Shown here in pieces: positions 51,321 to 61,302 of a stretch of 64,000 nucleotides of DNA. A program made the position numbers and the translations under genes. Source of the DNA: an uncultured delta proteobacterium (lineage in GTDB: Bacteria > Desulfobacterota > Desulfomonilia > Desulfomonilales > Desulfomonilaceae). Each line of letters starts with the position of its first letter. Within the stretch, counting starts at the first letter, position 1. The notes beneath the pieces are model-generated. The model had not been told where the DNA came from, searched no databases, and saw only the letters and a program-made list of their open reading frames with translations. The DNA lies in NCBI GenBank assembly GCA_963789265.1, contig CAWBKB010000005.1, positions 352,001-416,000 on the forward strand. The letters are read 5' to 3'.

Positions 51321-51465
51321 CTTTTTCAGCAACGTGACGGCGGTCTTGCCTCTATCGGGTCTTGTGGGAGGAGATACGGGGCCTTTTCGAGGTTACGGGA
51401 TCAATCCCTTGATCGGTCATCTGCCCCATGACACCCAAAATAGCTGGACCCCCGCATAATTCCGG
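51321..51465 (+). repeat. ~140 bp dispersed repeat, copy B
   Basis: TTTTCAGCAACGTGACGG..GGGAGGAGATACGGGGCCTTTTCGAGGT..CCGCATAATTCCGG. Confidence 0.75.
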
Positions 51466-51497
51466 TCAAGACGATATCGGATTCAAGGAGGAAATCT

Positions 51498-52055
51498 ATG
51501 AAACTGAGTTCCGCATGGTGTGGGTTAATAATATGCGGCCTTCTGGCAATTGTGCCTGCCAAAAGTGCGGCTCAGGCGCAAGGCCTACCGCTACCCCAAC
51601 CTGAGTCTATAACGGTTGATCGGTCGCTTTCTGAGGCAGATGCTGCGCAAATGATTAAAACGGCACGTTTGTTCTATGCGTTCTGGGATACAGGAAACGC
51701 GGAGTACGTCGCCGCCGCGGTGGACAGCGATTTCCGTGACAATACGCTGCCGGAAGGACGACCTCAAGGCCCCAAAGGCTTGCTTGACGCTTCGCAGACT
51801 TTTCGACGTGCCGTACCCGACCTCCATTGCAAGATCGAAGACCTGCTGGTAAGCGGCGATAAAGTCACCGCGCGGCTGACATTTACAGGCACTAACAAAG
51901 GTGAGTTCATGGGCCACTCTGCGACCGGCAAGCCTGTGAGGTTCTTTGCAATCAACATACTGCGTATTCGAAGAGGAACCATTGTTGAGGAATGGCATCT
52001 CGAAGACGACCTGACCTTGTTGGAACAACTAGGTGTCGTTTCCTTGAAGAAGTAG
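51498..52055 (+). CDS. Secreted SnoaL-like ester cyclase family protein
   Basis: Signal peptide; FRRAVPDL..GDKV.ARLTFTGT..TGKPV..IVEEWHLED. Confidence 0.88.
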   Translation: MKLSSAWCGLIICGLLAIVPAKSAAQAQGLPLPQPESITVDRSLSEADAAQMIKTARLFYAFWDTGNAEYVAAAVDSDFRDNTLPEGRPQGPKGLLDASQTFRRAVPDLHCKIEDLLVSGDKVTARLTFTGTNKGEFMGHSATGKPVRFFAINILRIRRGTIVEEWHLEDDLTLLEQLGVVSLKK

Positions 52056-53688
52056 GAGGAGCCGGTCACGGATCGCCGCGCATTCTTGCAGACGAGCATC
52101 TTAACCGCGGCGGCGGATGTCGTAATCATCGCCGCCAGAACTTCCCGGCCAAGACGAATTCGAAATGATCTCTTTTTATATAGTACACAAATTCATCTTT
52201 ACCTTGTTCACACGTAATTACAATATGCTGCAATTTAAGGGGGCTCGTTTTTCGCCTATATTATATTTTAAACTGGGGAGAATTATAATTAAAATCACGT
52301 TGACAAAAATAAACTAATAAGGGCGGAGTTATTTTTATAGGGTGCTTGGGGCGGCCAAGGAGAAGAATTCGCAAAATGATGACGGCGGTCTTCACGGCTT
52401 CATAATTTCCGCATCTGAAGCTGCTATTTTGAATGTCACTGTTCATGTACCGATTCCATTTGCCATCTCCGCCCGAATACCCGGGTATCATTCGCGTCTG
52501 GCTCGTACACCGCATGAAATCCCTCGGCATCCGCAAGTGATTACCACCTATTGACCAGGCAGAGATCCGTGGAAATCGCATACGATAAGAGCATATTATT
52601 TCTGTGGTTTTTTTGTTAATGGCATCCGGTATGGGATTTTCACACGGTTTTCCAGTCATTGCACCTCTCCTCGTTTCCTCGTCCGCAATCCACGCACCTC
52701 CTCAATCCATTGATTTAGCTGAGCAATGATAGCCACACATTGGAACATGTTCTTTTGGCACGTCTCATGCATAGAGGCGGAACAGCGAAGTTTGACATCG
52801 AAGTTATTACAGATTGGAGAACAAGCCGCTCCTTGCACTGGATGCGACTACGGTTGGATAGGGGCTACGAGCCATGATGATGGCGGAAAGGGATGAGAGG
52901 AGGTAGGTCTCTTTTCATCCCGCGTCCGAAACTCTCACTCAACAGAAACGTATGTCGTCTTTGTTTGACAATGACTAAACCCACAGCAACCCTTTATAGC
53001 AAGTGTCTATAATTCGGTCCTCTACGTTATCCTCGGAGAATTACTGCCTTTTGAGGATTCTGCCGGGCACAAAAACATGACTTTGCGGGTGGACTTTCTT
53101 GTCTTGCAGTACCTTTAGCCAACATAAGGACCGATTTGTCAATCCACGGTTGACATTAGAGGGAGGCAAGGAACCTCCAGAAACAATTCAGTTAAGAGGG
53201 GGCGGAACGATTCCGGTCTGGTATACCCCGGTTCATCACGCGGGAGCCAAACGACCGGGGGCGTGCCCTATGTAACGTTGTGCACTCGGGTTGGGTCGTG
53301 GAATCACTAGTCAAACTGATCACAGCAGCCTGCCAGTTCCTGGATGCCGACTTTGATTTGGATCTATTCTGGGAATGGCAGCAAACCTTTACAGTCAGTC
53401 TCGTTTGCCTGCTGGCTCTAGCCCATTCCTATGCTTCCGGCTACGGTCCCCGGGCTCATCTCGGTAACCTCTGTTTGCCCTACCTTGAACGGCTCCCTTT
53501 CCCATCATACAAGCCCCTTGACGATGCCGTTTGCTTTCGATCCTACTCTTTGAAGATCCTCACCATAGGCAAGCGATCAATTGCCCCTGCCAGCCTGGCC
53601 TTCTGTATGAACTGCTGAGAATTTCCGCGCATTGCTTAGGAATTTCCCCTTGTTAAACCTCAATCACATTTGAAAGGAGAAAGAAACT

Positions 53689-54015
53689 ATGCCTCTGTAC
53701 ATGACACAATTTTCTTACACTAATGAAGGTTGGGCCGCCCAAGTAAAGAATCCGGCCGACCGGAGCGCCGTCCTTAAAGCTCTAATCGAGAAGTTTGGAG
53801 GTCGTATGATCGCTATGTACTATTGCCTAGGCGAATACGATGGAGTGGCTATTTCCGAGCTCCCTGACCATGCGGACGCGATGGCTATGCTCCTCACTGT
53901 TATTGCCGCTGGTCACCTCAAAGAGATCAAGACGACCGTGCTCTATGACGTGAAGCAGGGCATGGAAGCTATGGCGAAGGCAGGCAAGATGACGTATCAA
54001 GCGCCGTCCAAATGA
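53689..54015 (+). CDS. GYD-domain protein
   Basis: MPLYMTQFSYT..GG...YYCLGEYDGV. Confidence 0.88.
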   Translation: MPLYMTQFSYTNEGWAAQVKNPADRSAVLKALIEKFGGRMIAMYYCLGEYDGVAISELPDHADAMAMLLTVIAAGHLKEIKTTVLYDVKQGMEAMAKAGKMTYQAPSK

Positions 54016-54099
54016 AATTCATTTTCGCAGAATATTTCTTCGGCAGACCGATATTACGCGACAATTCATACCAGCTATGCGACTAAAGGAGGGCAAACC

Positions 54100-54393
54100 A
54101 TGTACGCAAGGGTAGTCACAGTTCAGATTCAGCCCGGCAGGATAGGTGAAGCGATTGACATCTATGGGGATTCCATCGTGCCTGCGGCCAAGCAGCAAAA
54201 GGGATTCGAAAGCGCTTCTCTGCTGGCAGACTGGAACACAGGAAAAGGCATATCGGTCACAGTGTGGGAGACGGAAACCGACATGACTGCTGGGGAGGCC
54301 AGCGGTTACCTTCGGGAGGCGCTTGGCAGGACCACCCCCACCTTGGCGGCACCGCCCGTCACGGAGCACTACGAGGTGAGTGTCCAAGGATAG
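54100..54393 (+). CDS. Antibiotic biosynthesis monooxygenase (ABM)-like protein
   Basis: MYARV..QPG..QQKGF..GKGISVTVWET..EHYEV. Confidence 0.8.
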   Translation: MYARVVTVQIQPGRIGEAIDIYGDSIVPAAKQQKGFESASLLADWNTGKGISVTVWETETDMTAGEASGYLREALGRTTPTLAAPPVTEHYEVSVQG

Positions 54394-54476
54394 CTGCACG
54401 CGGGAGGCTCGCCCTACAAACGCTGACGCCTCCCCGCGAGACAAGTTAAGACCTTAGTTTAAAAGGAGAATACAGG

Positions 54477-54620
54477 CTTTTTCATCAAGCTGACGACGGT
54501 TTTGTATTTGTCAGGTCTGGTGGGAGGAGATACGGGGTCTTTTCGAGGTCAGAGAAACCATCACTCACCCTTTACTGGCAATAATACGCACAACATAGCA
54601 ATAACGCCGCATAATTATGG
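54477..54620 (+). repeat. ~140 bp dispersed repeat, copy C
   Basis: TTTTCATCAAGCTGACGACGG..GGGAGGAGATACGGGGTCTTTTCGAGGT..CCGCATAATTATGG. Confidence 0.75.
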
Positions 54621-54656
54621 GTACAGAAACAGGTATCCAGGAAAAGAGAAGTTGCA

Positions 54657-56318
54657 ATGAACATTGTGCAAGGATTCCCAGCTACGTCTCAAGACGGTTA
54701 CCAACTCAATGTCACCAACATCATCAGGCAGGCAGCCCGAAGCTTCGGCGGTCAGGAAATCATAAGCCGAAAGCATGATGGGACTCTCTTCCGCTACACG
54801 TACAAGGATGCCTGGGACCGTGTGGGCCGCCTAGCCAACGCTCTAACCAGACTCGGGGTTGGCATCGGCGATCGAGTGGGAGTATTGGCCTGGAACACCC
54901 ATGAGAACTATGAAATTTATTTCGGCGTTCCCGGACTGGGTGCGGTTATGCTCCTCCTCAACCTCCGACTGACCCATCAAGACTTGGCCTACGTGGTCAA
55001 CCACTCCGGAGCCTCCCTGATCGTCGTCGATGAACTCCTGGTACCCATCGCTACGGCCATCGCCCCTCTGTGCCCTCAGGTCAAAGGATATGTAGTCATA
55101 ACATCCAAGAAGATCGATGAGTTCAATGACCAGCTTCTAAATGCATGCTCCTACGAGGAAATCCTGGCTCAGGCTTCACCGATCTATGATTGGCCCAACC
55201 TTGATGAGAAATCGGCGTACGCTGCGTGCTATACCACCGGTACCACCGGCAAACCCAAAGGAGTTTACTATTCTCATCGAAATGTTTATTTGCATAGCTG
55301 TGCCATAGCTTTGAACTCTGAGATGAGCATGCGGGATTGCCACCTCCAAATTGTGCCTATGTTCCACGCCTTGGGCTGGGGCACGATCCAGGCAGCTACA
55401 ATGGTCGGCGCCAGACAGGTTTTTTCCGGCATGTACACCCTGGACAAGCTCGGCACCCTGGCCGAGCTGTTCGTCAAAGAGAAAGTGACCGTGAGTGCGG
55501 GAGCGCCGGCCATATTCATGCCCTTCCTCGAATACATTCGGACCCTTGACGCGAAACCTGACCTGAGTGGAGTGAGGCTCGTGTCCGGGGCGACGGAACC
55601 GCCCGTGGCAACTATGAAGGGGTTTGCCGAACTGACGGGGGCGGAGATCATCCATGCGTACGGCGCTACTGAAACCACCCCCCTGGTCACGATCAACCGG
55701 CTTAAACCTTGGAATGAGGGTAACCTCACTGAAGAAAAAAAGTGGGATCAGAAGAGAAAGCAGGGCTATTGCGTGGTAGGTTTGGACCTGAAGATAGTCG
55801 ACCCAACGGGTAAGGAAGTCCCACCAGACGGTCAGAGTTCTGGTGAAGTCCTCGTTCGGGGGCCGTGGATCGCTGGTTGTTATCATAGTGCACCGGGCCC
55901 GGAAGTCCAGTTCACGGAGGACGGCTATTGGCGCAGTGGGGACGTGGGCACTATTGACGCGGAAGGGTATGTGAAGATCATAGATCGGATCAAAGATGTT
56001 ATCAAAAGCGGAGGTGAGTGGATTTCTTCGGTAGACATGGAGAACGAAATCATCTCGCATCCTGCGGTACTGGACGCGGCAGTGGTGGGCGTGGCTCACC
56101 CCAAATGGGAGGAGCGCCCGCTGGCTCTCGTGGTCCTGCGAAAGGAGCTGGAGGCAAAGATGGACGCGGAGGAGATTCGTAATCACCTCAGCAAGAAATT
56201 CGCCAAGTGGCAGCTTCCGGATAAGGTCCTGTTCGTTGATTCCATTCCCAAGACCAGCGTGGGCAAGACCAACAAGAAGGCGATCCGGGCAGAGCACAAA
56301 GACATCTATACTGCGTAG
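54657..56318 (+). CDS. Medium/long-chain fatty acid-CoA ligase (AlkK/DmdB-like)
   Basis: YTTGTTGKPKGV, YGATET, DRIKDVIKSGGEWISS, PKTSVGK. Confidence 0.92.
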   Translation: MNIVQGFPATSQDGYQLNVTNIIRQAARSFGGQEIISRKHDGTLFRYTYKDAWDRVGRLANALTRLGVGIGDRVGVLAWNTHENYEIYFGVPGLGAVMLLLNLRLTHQDLAYVVNHSGASLIVVDELLVPIATAIAPLCPQVKGYVVITSKKIDEFNDQLLNACSYEEILAQASPIYDWPNLDEKSAYAACYTTGTTGKPKGVYYSHRNVYLHSCAIALNSEMSMRDCHLQIVPMFHALGWGTIQAATMVGARQVFSGMYTLDKLGTLAELFVKEKVTVSAGAPAIFMPFLEYIRTLDAKPDLSGVRLVSGATEPPVATMKGFAELTGAEIIHAYGATETTPLVTINRLKPWNEGNLTEEKKWDQKRKQGYCVVGLDLKIVDPTGKEVPPDGQSSGEVLVRGPWIAGCYHSAPGPEVQFTEDGYWRSGDVGTIDAEGYVKIIDRIKDVIKSGGEWISSVDMENEIISHPAVLDAAVVGVAHPKWEERPLALVVLRKELEAKMDAEEIRNHLSKKFAKWQLPDKVLFVDSIPKTSVGKTNKKAIRAEHKDIYTA

Positions 56319-56883
56319 TCTTCCCGAAGATACGGAGCGACGTTGGGCGACTGACCAGCCCCCCACATAGCAGGGTAACCGACAGCGAAGTTCCCAGGGC
56401 ATTGCCACACCTGGTTTCTTGCAGCGGTGATGTCACCTGCCGTTGATCGATGAGGATTGTGATGTTCCGTCTGCGTGCGAAAGTTCCAGTTAAGAGGGGT
56501 GTGGCTGACATCTCGGCCGGTCCGGGTGATGAGGAAAGTGACGAAAAGCTCAACAGTGCTTTTGTCCCACGATGGGTCGAGACAGAGCGGACATGAGGGT
56601 TACTTCCTCATCCACCCTCTGACGAGGCAGGATTCATCCATGTAGGTTGTCCCCGGAGTGTCGATCGATGAAAGTGGGACGGGGCAATCCCCTCCGGGAG
56701 CGCGATTGCGGTCGAGAACGAGTCAGAGACGATTTAATGGGTGTCTGTCGCCCTCTTGGCTGAAATTCGCTCGCCAAGAAATCGTCCGTAATCGTTGCTG
56801 ATGAAGCCGGCTTTCGGGAGTGAAGAATTCCTGGGGAGGTGTGATTGATCGAAGTGGGGTTGTCTTTAGTGTGTGGAACCACT

Positions 56884-56939
56884 GGCGGTGTCTGCACCAA
56901 TTGCAGACGGACTTCTCTGTCGATAGCACCACCCTTCAG
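56884..56939 (+). repeat. ~55 bp hairpin-containing repeat, copy 1
   Basis: GGCGGTGTCTGCACCAATTGCAGACGGACTTC..CGATAGCACC. Confidence 0.6.
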
Positions 56940-57197
56940 GAACGGATCAGCAGGAAAGTTTCAGATTGACTGGCTAGAGCGCTGTGAATTACGCTCAAGA
57001 TCCGAAACCGACTTACTTTTGTATTCATGTCACGACGGCTTTGCCTACACCGGACCTTGCGTGAGACCGGATACCTATGGATCCGGGGCATCACATCTAG
57101 TGACCGGTCTTTGGGGCAAGGACCCCATAAGGAACGAGATCTCGGTATGATTTCCGACAACGAGAACACTCACAAGAGAGGAAGCGACCAAGAAACA

Positions 57198-58034
57198 ATG
57201 GATAATCAAGAGCGGACAGCAATGATCAGGACGACATTCGACACGGTTGCCGAGGGATATGATAGCCGGACGCTGCGGTTTTTCCAGGAAAGCGCGAGAC
57301 ACCTGACCACGTGCCTTGATCTGACAGGTCGTGAACAGGTGTTGGACGTTGCAACAGGGACTGGGATAGTAGCAATACAGTTAGCCCAGCATTTGCCCGA
57401 CGGCCAAGTCACGGGCATCGACCTTTCGGGCGGGATGCTTGCCCAAGCCAAGAAGAAGTCTGAAGCACGGAAACTTCATAACGTCAGTTTCAACGAAATG
57501 GATATGCAGTCAATAGGTTTTCCCAACAACCATTTTGATGCGGCTGTCTGCGGTTTCGGCATCTTTTTTGTGGAAGACATGGAGTCCCAACTCAAGCACA
57601 TTTCGGAAAAGACAAAACCAGGCGGCCAGGTTGTCATTTCGTGCTTCTATGAAAATTCCTTCTCCCCTCTCGTCGATATGTTTCTCAGCCGCATCCGGAA
57701 GTACGGGGTTGCAACGCCACCATTGCCTTGGAAAAGAATCGCTACAGAAGATAAATGCGCGGCATTGTATCAGGATGCCGGTTTGGTAGACGTTCGCGTT
57801 ATCAGAAAAGACCTAGGATACTATTTGAGCAATGTCCAGGAATGGTGGGACGTGATCTGGTGGGCCGGCTTTCGCCATTTCGTGAGCCAGCTCTCCCCCT
57901 CACTTCTGGAGGCATTCCGGGCCGAGCACTTGAGAGAAGCGGAACCACTGGCTACAAGAGACGGAATCTGGCTGAACGTGAACGTCCTCTACGCAACTGG
58001 CACGAAACCGCAGCATGGGGCTTCGTGCCATTGA
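57198..58034 (+). CDS. Class I SAM-dependent methyltransferase (UbiE-like)
   Basis: VLDVATGTG, GIDLSGGML, FDAAVCGFGIFF, KPGG. Confidence 0.9.
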   Translation: MDNQERTAMIRTTFDTVAEGYDSRTLRFFQESARHLTTCLDLTGREQVLDVATGTGIVAIQLAQHLPDGQVTGIDLSGGMLAQAKKKSEARKLHNVSFNEMDMQSIGFPNNHFDAAVCGFGIFFVEDMESQLKHISEKTKPGGQVVISCFYENSFSPLVDMFLSRIRKYGVATPPLPWKRIATEDKCAALYQDAGLVDVRVIRKDLGYYLSNVQEWWDVIWWAGFRHFVSQLSPSLLEAFRAEHLREAEPLATRDGIWLNVNVLYATGTKPQHGASCH

Positions 58035-58073
58035 TCGGAGCAGGAAGCCTCCGTTTGGAGGTGTAGGGGCATC

Positions 58074-58133
58074 GGCGCTGTCTACAACAGTTGCAGACGG
58101 ACTTCGCCTGCGATACCACCGTCCATTCTTCAG
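58074..58133 (+). repeat. ~55 bp hairpin-containing repeat, copy 2
   Basis: GGCGCTGTCTACAACAGTTGCAGACGGACTTC..CGATACCACC. Confidence 0.6.
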
Positions 58134-58569
58134 CTTAGAATTAGCATCGAAGATTTTCATTGACGAAGGACTTGAGGTGAGTCACGTTCAAGACTACTGA
58201 AGACTAGGTTTTTTTTGCCAACTTGACTCCTTTTTTGCCTCTCTCGGACCTTGTGGAGGGCCGAACGAAGAAAGCGAAGAAAGGGGTCGGGTATTGAAAT
58301 TTGATATCCACGCGAACCGCTTATGCCTTTTATTGAGGCCGTCCGCTTTCACCTGGGGAAAAGTGGATATGCTGCCTTTTCGAGTCCGTTCTTGGCCGTC
58401 CGCGAGGCCGAAACGCGAATCCCCGATGAAAGGCCTCTCGGCGCATATTGCCGCGGTTCAACACATGGTAGCAGACCTCAGCGACAGAAACCCGTGCCGC
58501 TCTCGGCATGAACTCGTGTTACTACAATAGCTTGCCGGAACTACAGAAAAGAGGAATGTCCCCTTTTTT

Positions 58570-59092
58570 CTAGGAATGTCGCACTGCTTGCCGCCTTTTC
58601 GCGATTAGCATCCTTCCTATTGCGACGGCACAAAAACCGAAAAATGCGATGGAAGCTATTCCTATGAGCCAATTTTTGGGATCTGCAGCAAGGATGAAGA
58701 TTCCTGCCACGACAAACAAGGCCGAGCAAACTTCAAGTGCCCAGAGTCCAAATTTACTGTGCTGAAGAGCTTGACCAACGAGGGCCTCATTAACCGTGAG
58801 TCTCTCGTCTGTTCGGTCCAGGTGACGACATTGAGTCGTAAACCCAAAGTGCGTAAGGTACTAGAAGAAAGGGCAAAATAATAAAATCTCCAAGAGGGCC
58901 CATAAAAAGAATCGAGCCGAAGATGAGCAACAGAGACACTATTAGGTAAATCTTTACGCTTTTGCGTAATCTCTCAAAATCCTTCTCCGAAGAAATAGTA
59001 TATCCTCGGCCGAGGGCGCCCAAAGGGAAGAATAACTTGCGACCATCGTCGGTTGTCTTAAAGGAACTACTGGCGAGAGCATCGAAATACCC
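58570..59092 (-). pseudogene. Membrane protein, frameshift at ~58841, no clear start codon
   Basis: GYFDALASSSFKT..FFPLGALGRGY with two TMs; two more TMs in the next frame ending at TAG 58570. Confidence 0.55.
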
Positions 59093-59585
59093 TGCCGAGC
59101 CGATCTCGACCGAACAGAGAAGAATCAAATCCGCCTGTCGCAAACGCTAAGGACGGGACTCGACGCCGTAACCATCTTATTTTACTGACTCGCCACCGTG
59201 GCGACCGCTGACATGAAAAGCGCATTCTTGTCGATCCTGCCCGTCCGATCGCCTACGGGAATGCTTAAATGGGGTCAAATAAAGATAATCACTTTCACTC
59301 TGTTTCAGTGGGGCTTCATCCGGAACACGAGAACCAAATTTTGGCGCATGCTCTTCAAAGCGTTCATGCAACTTGATAAGAGGCGATTGTTTTTGTTTAT
59401 TCGTTCATGCATAGCTTTGGAACATTACGTTGACCTAGAGCAGGAAATCATAACAATGCTGGGACCTGTATAACGCGCTTGGCAGGCCATCGTTTACCAC
59501 TCCTCGGAATGATAGCATGACAGCCTAGTACAAACGCTTGCAGGGTGGCGTACAATGTTCGGACTCGCAATGTGGCGGCGCCGCA

Positions 59586-60971
59586 CTACTGAAAACCCGC
59601 GGCATGAAAGACTGTTTTCACAAAGACCTCAGCGAAACCGTAGCATTCCTCGTTAGTCAACAGGTCTGCGGTGGAAGAGATTATTAGGTGCAGCTGTCTT
59701 CGATAAATGAATACGATCAGATTTATGTAGGCAGTGCCCGCCGGCTTGTAAGCCGTGCCGTGAAAGTCAATAATGTCCGAATCGCCGATTCTTTCTAAAC
59801 TGGAACCCGCACCCATTTTTTCATCCTTGAAGTCCGGCCAGACAACTCCCAGGTAGCCCACTGCGACGGAATACCTTTGGAAGTCCATGAAGAGCCGGGC
59901 AGCCTTGCGCCGAATCCCGATGGGAAACAAAGAAAAGAACTTGGCTCCCCTAGCTATGGATTTGCGAAGGCTCAAATCAACCTGTCTGCCAAGCTGTTTG
60001 TTCCGCTCTCGGGCCACTGAACCAACAAATTCATGATAATCGTTTCTCTGGTCAGGATCGGAGTTGAAAAAGATGGCGGAGCTGTAGTTCTGTTCCTCTG
60101 AGCCTCCAAATCTTTCCCTCATGTTGACCGTAACAACACTAGAGATGTATCCCGGCGCCATTTGTCGCTCCGCGTTCCATGCATCCAGGGCCACGTTTGC
60201 GCATGCCACCAGGTGATCGACCACGTGAAGCCCATCCTTCGAGAAGTTTTTGAGAATTCGGCCGGTTTCATCGACGGAAATTACTTTCTCCACATGCCAT
60301 TCTCTGAGGTCGTTCCTGTGGCCGTTTCCGTGGGGCTTTTGCGGCTTCCTTTTGCGGTCTGCCAGGTCTCTTTTTAGCTGGGAAAAGATGCCTTTCCACC
60401 CGGATTTCTTGGGAGTGGAAGCCCGCTTCTTCGCGGTAGATAGCACGTAAGGACTGCTAGTCCACGAAGGCGCTTTTCCGGTGATCCTCGCATGGTACTG
60501 CCCAAATACTTCGGTAATGACTCGCATCGCCATTGCCGCATCACCGGCCACATGGTGGGCAACAAACGCCAGGACGCGACGCTCTTCGCCAATACCGAGG
60601 ATATGAATTTCCAGAGGGGGGAGGCCCCAAAGATCCCATTGTCGGTCGAATCGGGTGGTCAGGTGAGACACGACAGCTTCGAAGGTGGTTCCCGCCCTGC
60701 CTGAAATAGCTAATGGCGCCGAGAAGATGGGGATCTTCATGTCAGGCTTGTATTCCCTGGTCAAGTAAAATGTCCAGCCCTCGTGGATCTCCCGCAGGAC
60801 GCTTTTGTAATTGGGGTAAATCGAGACGGCTTCATTCACGGAAGATTTGAAGACATCTTCGTCAAACCTGCCTTTCGTTTCTATGGCCACTAAAAGGATG
60901 TTCTTCGTATTGCCGCAGCTGGTCAGAGCCATGATATCTGAAATAATATCAACAGGTGCTTTGTTCAGCAT
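59586..60971 (-). CDS. Stand-alone condensation-domain/CoA-dependent acyltransferase
   Basis: HHxxxD motif (AHHVAGDA), VTVNMR. Confidence 0.75.
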   Translation of the reverse strand: MLNKAPVDIISDIMALTSCGNTKNILLVAIETKGRFDEDVFKSSVNEAVSIYPNYKSVLREIHEGWTFYLTREYKPDMKIPIFSAPLAISGRAGTTFEAVVSHLTTRFDRQWDLWGLPPLEIHILGIGEERRVLAFVAHHVAGDAAMAMRVITEVFGQYHARITGKAPSWTSSPYVLSTAKKRASTPKKSGWKGIFSQLKRDLADRKRKPQKPHGNGHRNDLREWHVEKVISVDETGRILKNFSKDGLHVVDHLVACANVALDAWNAERQMAPGYISSVVTVNMRERFGGSEEQNYSSAIFFNSDPDQRNDYHEFVGSVARERNKQLGRQVDLSLRKSIARGAKFFSLFPIGIRRKAARLFMDFQRYSVAVGYLGVVWPDFKDEKMGAGSSLERIGDSDIIDFHGTAYKPAGTAYINLIVFIYRRQLHLIISSTADLLTNEECYGFAEVFVKTVFHAAGFQ

Positions 60972-61302
60972 GATGATTCGCAACCTTGCAGGAATATGTG
61001 AATGCAATCACTTTTTACCCGGACGCGGAGTCAAGTCAATGGCAAAGATTCCGGGATCCGGATAACTGTCCGCTGATGGTTGATACTTCAACCTTTTGGG
61101 GACAATGCGCATCAGTTTTATCCAGGTATTTTACGCTTCTTGGAACCAAATTACCACTCATGACTGGCCAATATCGTCACCTATTTAATGAATGTACAGG
61201 GAATTTGTGTCAGTTGCCCCTGTGGGGAAATTATGGGCAAATGGACAATTAACTTATGGATCATGCCCTCAGCTCCGCAAATGTTACTGTGAAGGTTGAA
61301 AG

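Noticed and set aside
53280..53620. Possible RAYT-type transposase C-terminal relic on the minus strand
   Set aside because: Only a faint resemblance across several stops.
55176..56408. 410-aa minus-strand ORF
   Set aside because: Antisense shadow of the acyl-CoA ligase with no motifs.
43279..58133. CRISPR array or integron attC array
   Set aside because: Repeats are dispersed and diverged with no regular spacers or cas genes; no convincing RYYYAAC..GTTRRRY attC folds, and the integrase has no IntI-like features that I can see.
59198..59473. Possible C-terminal fragment of a B12/radical SAM protein
   Set aside because: Plausible composition but no diagnostic motif.
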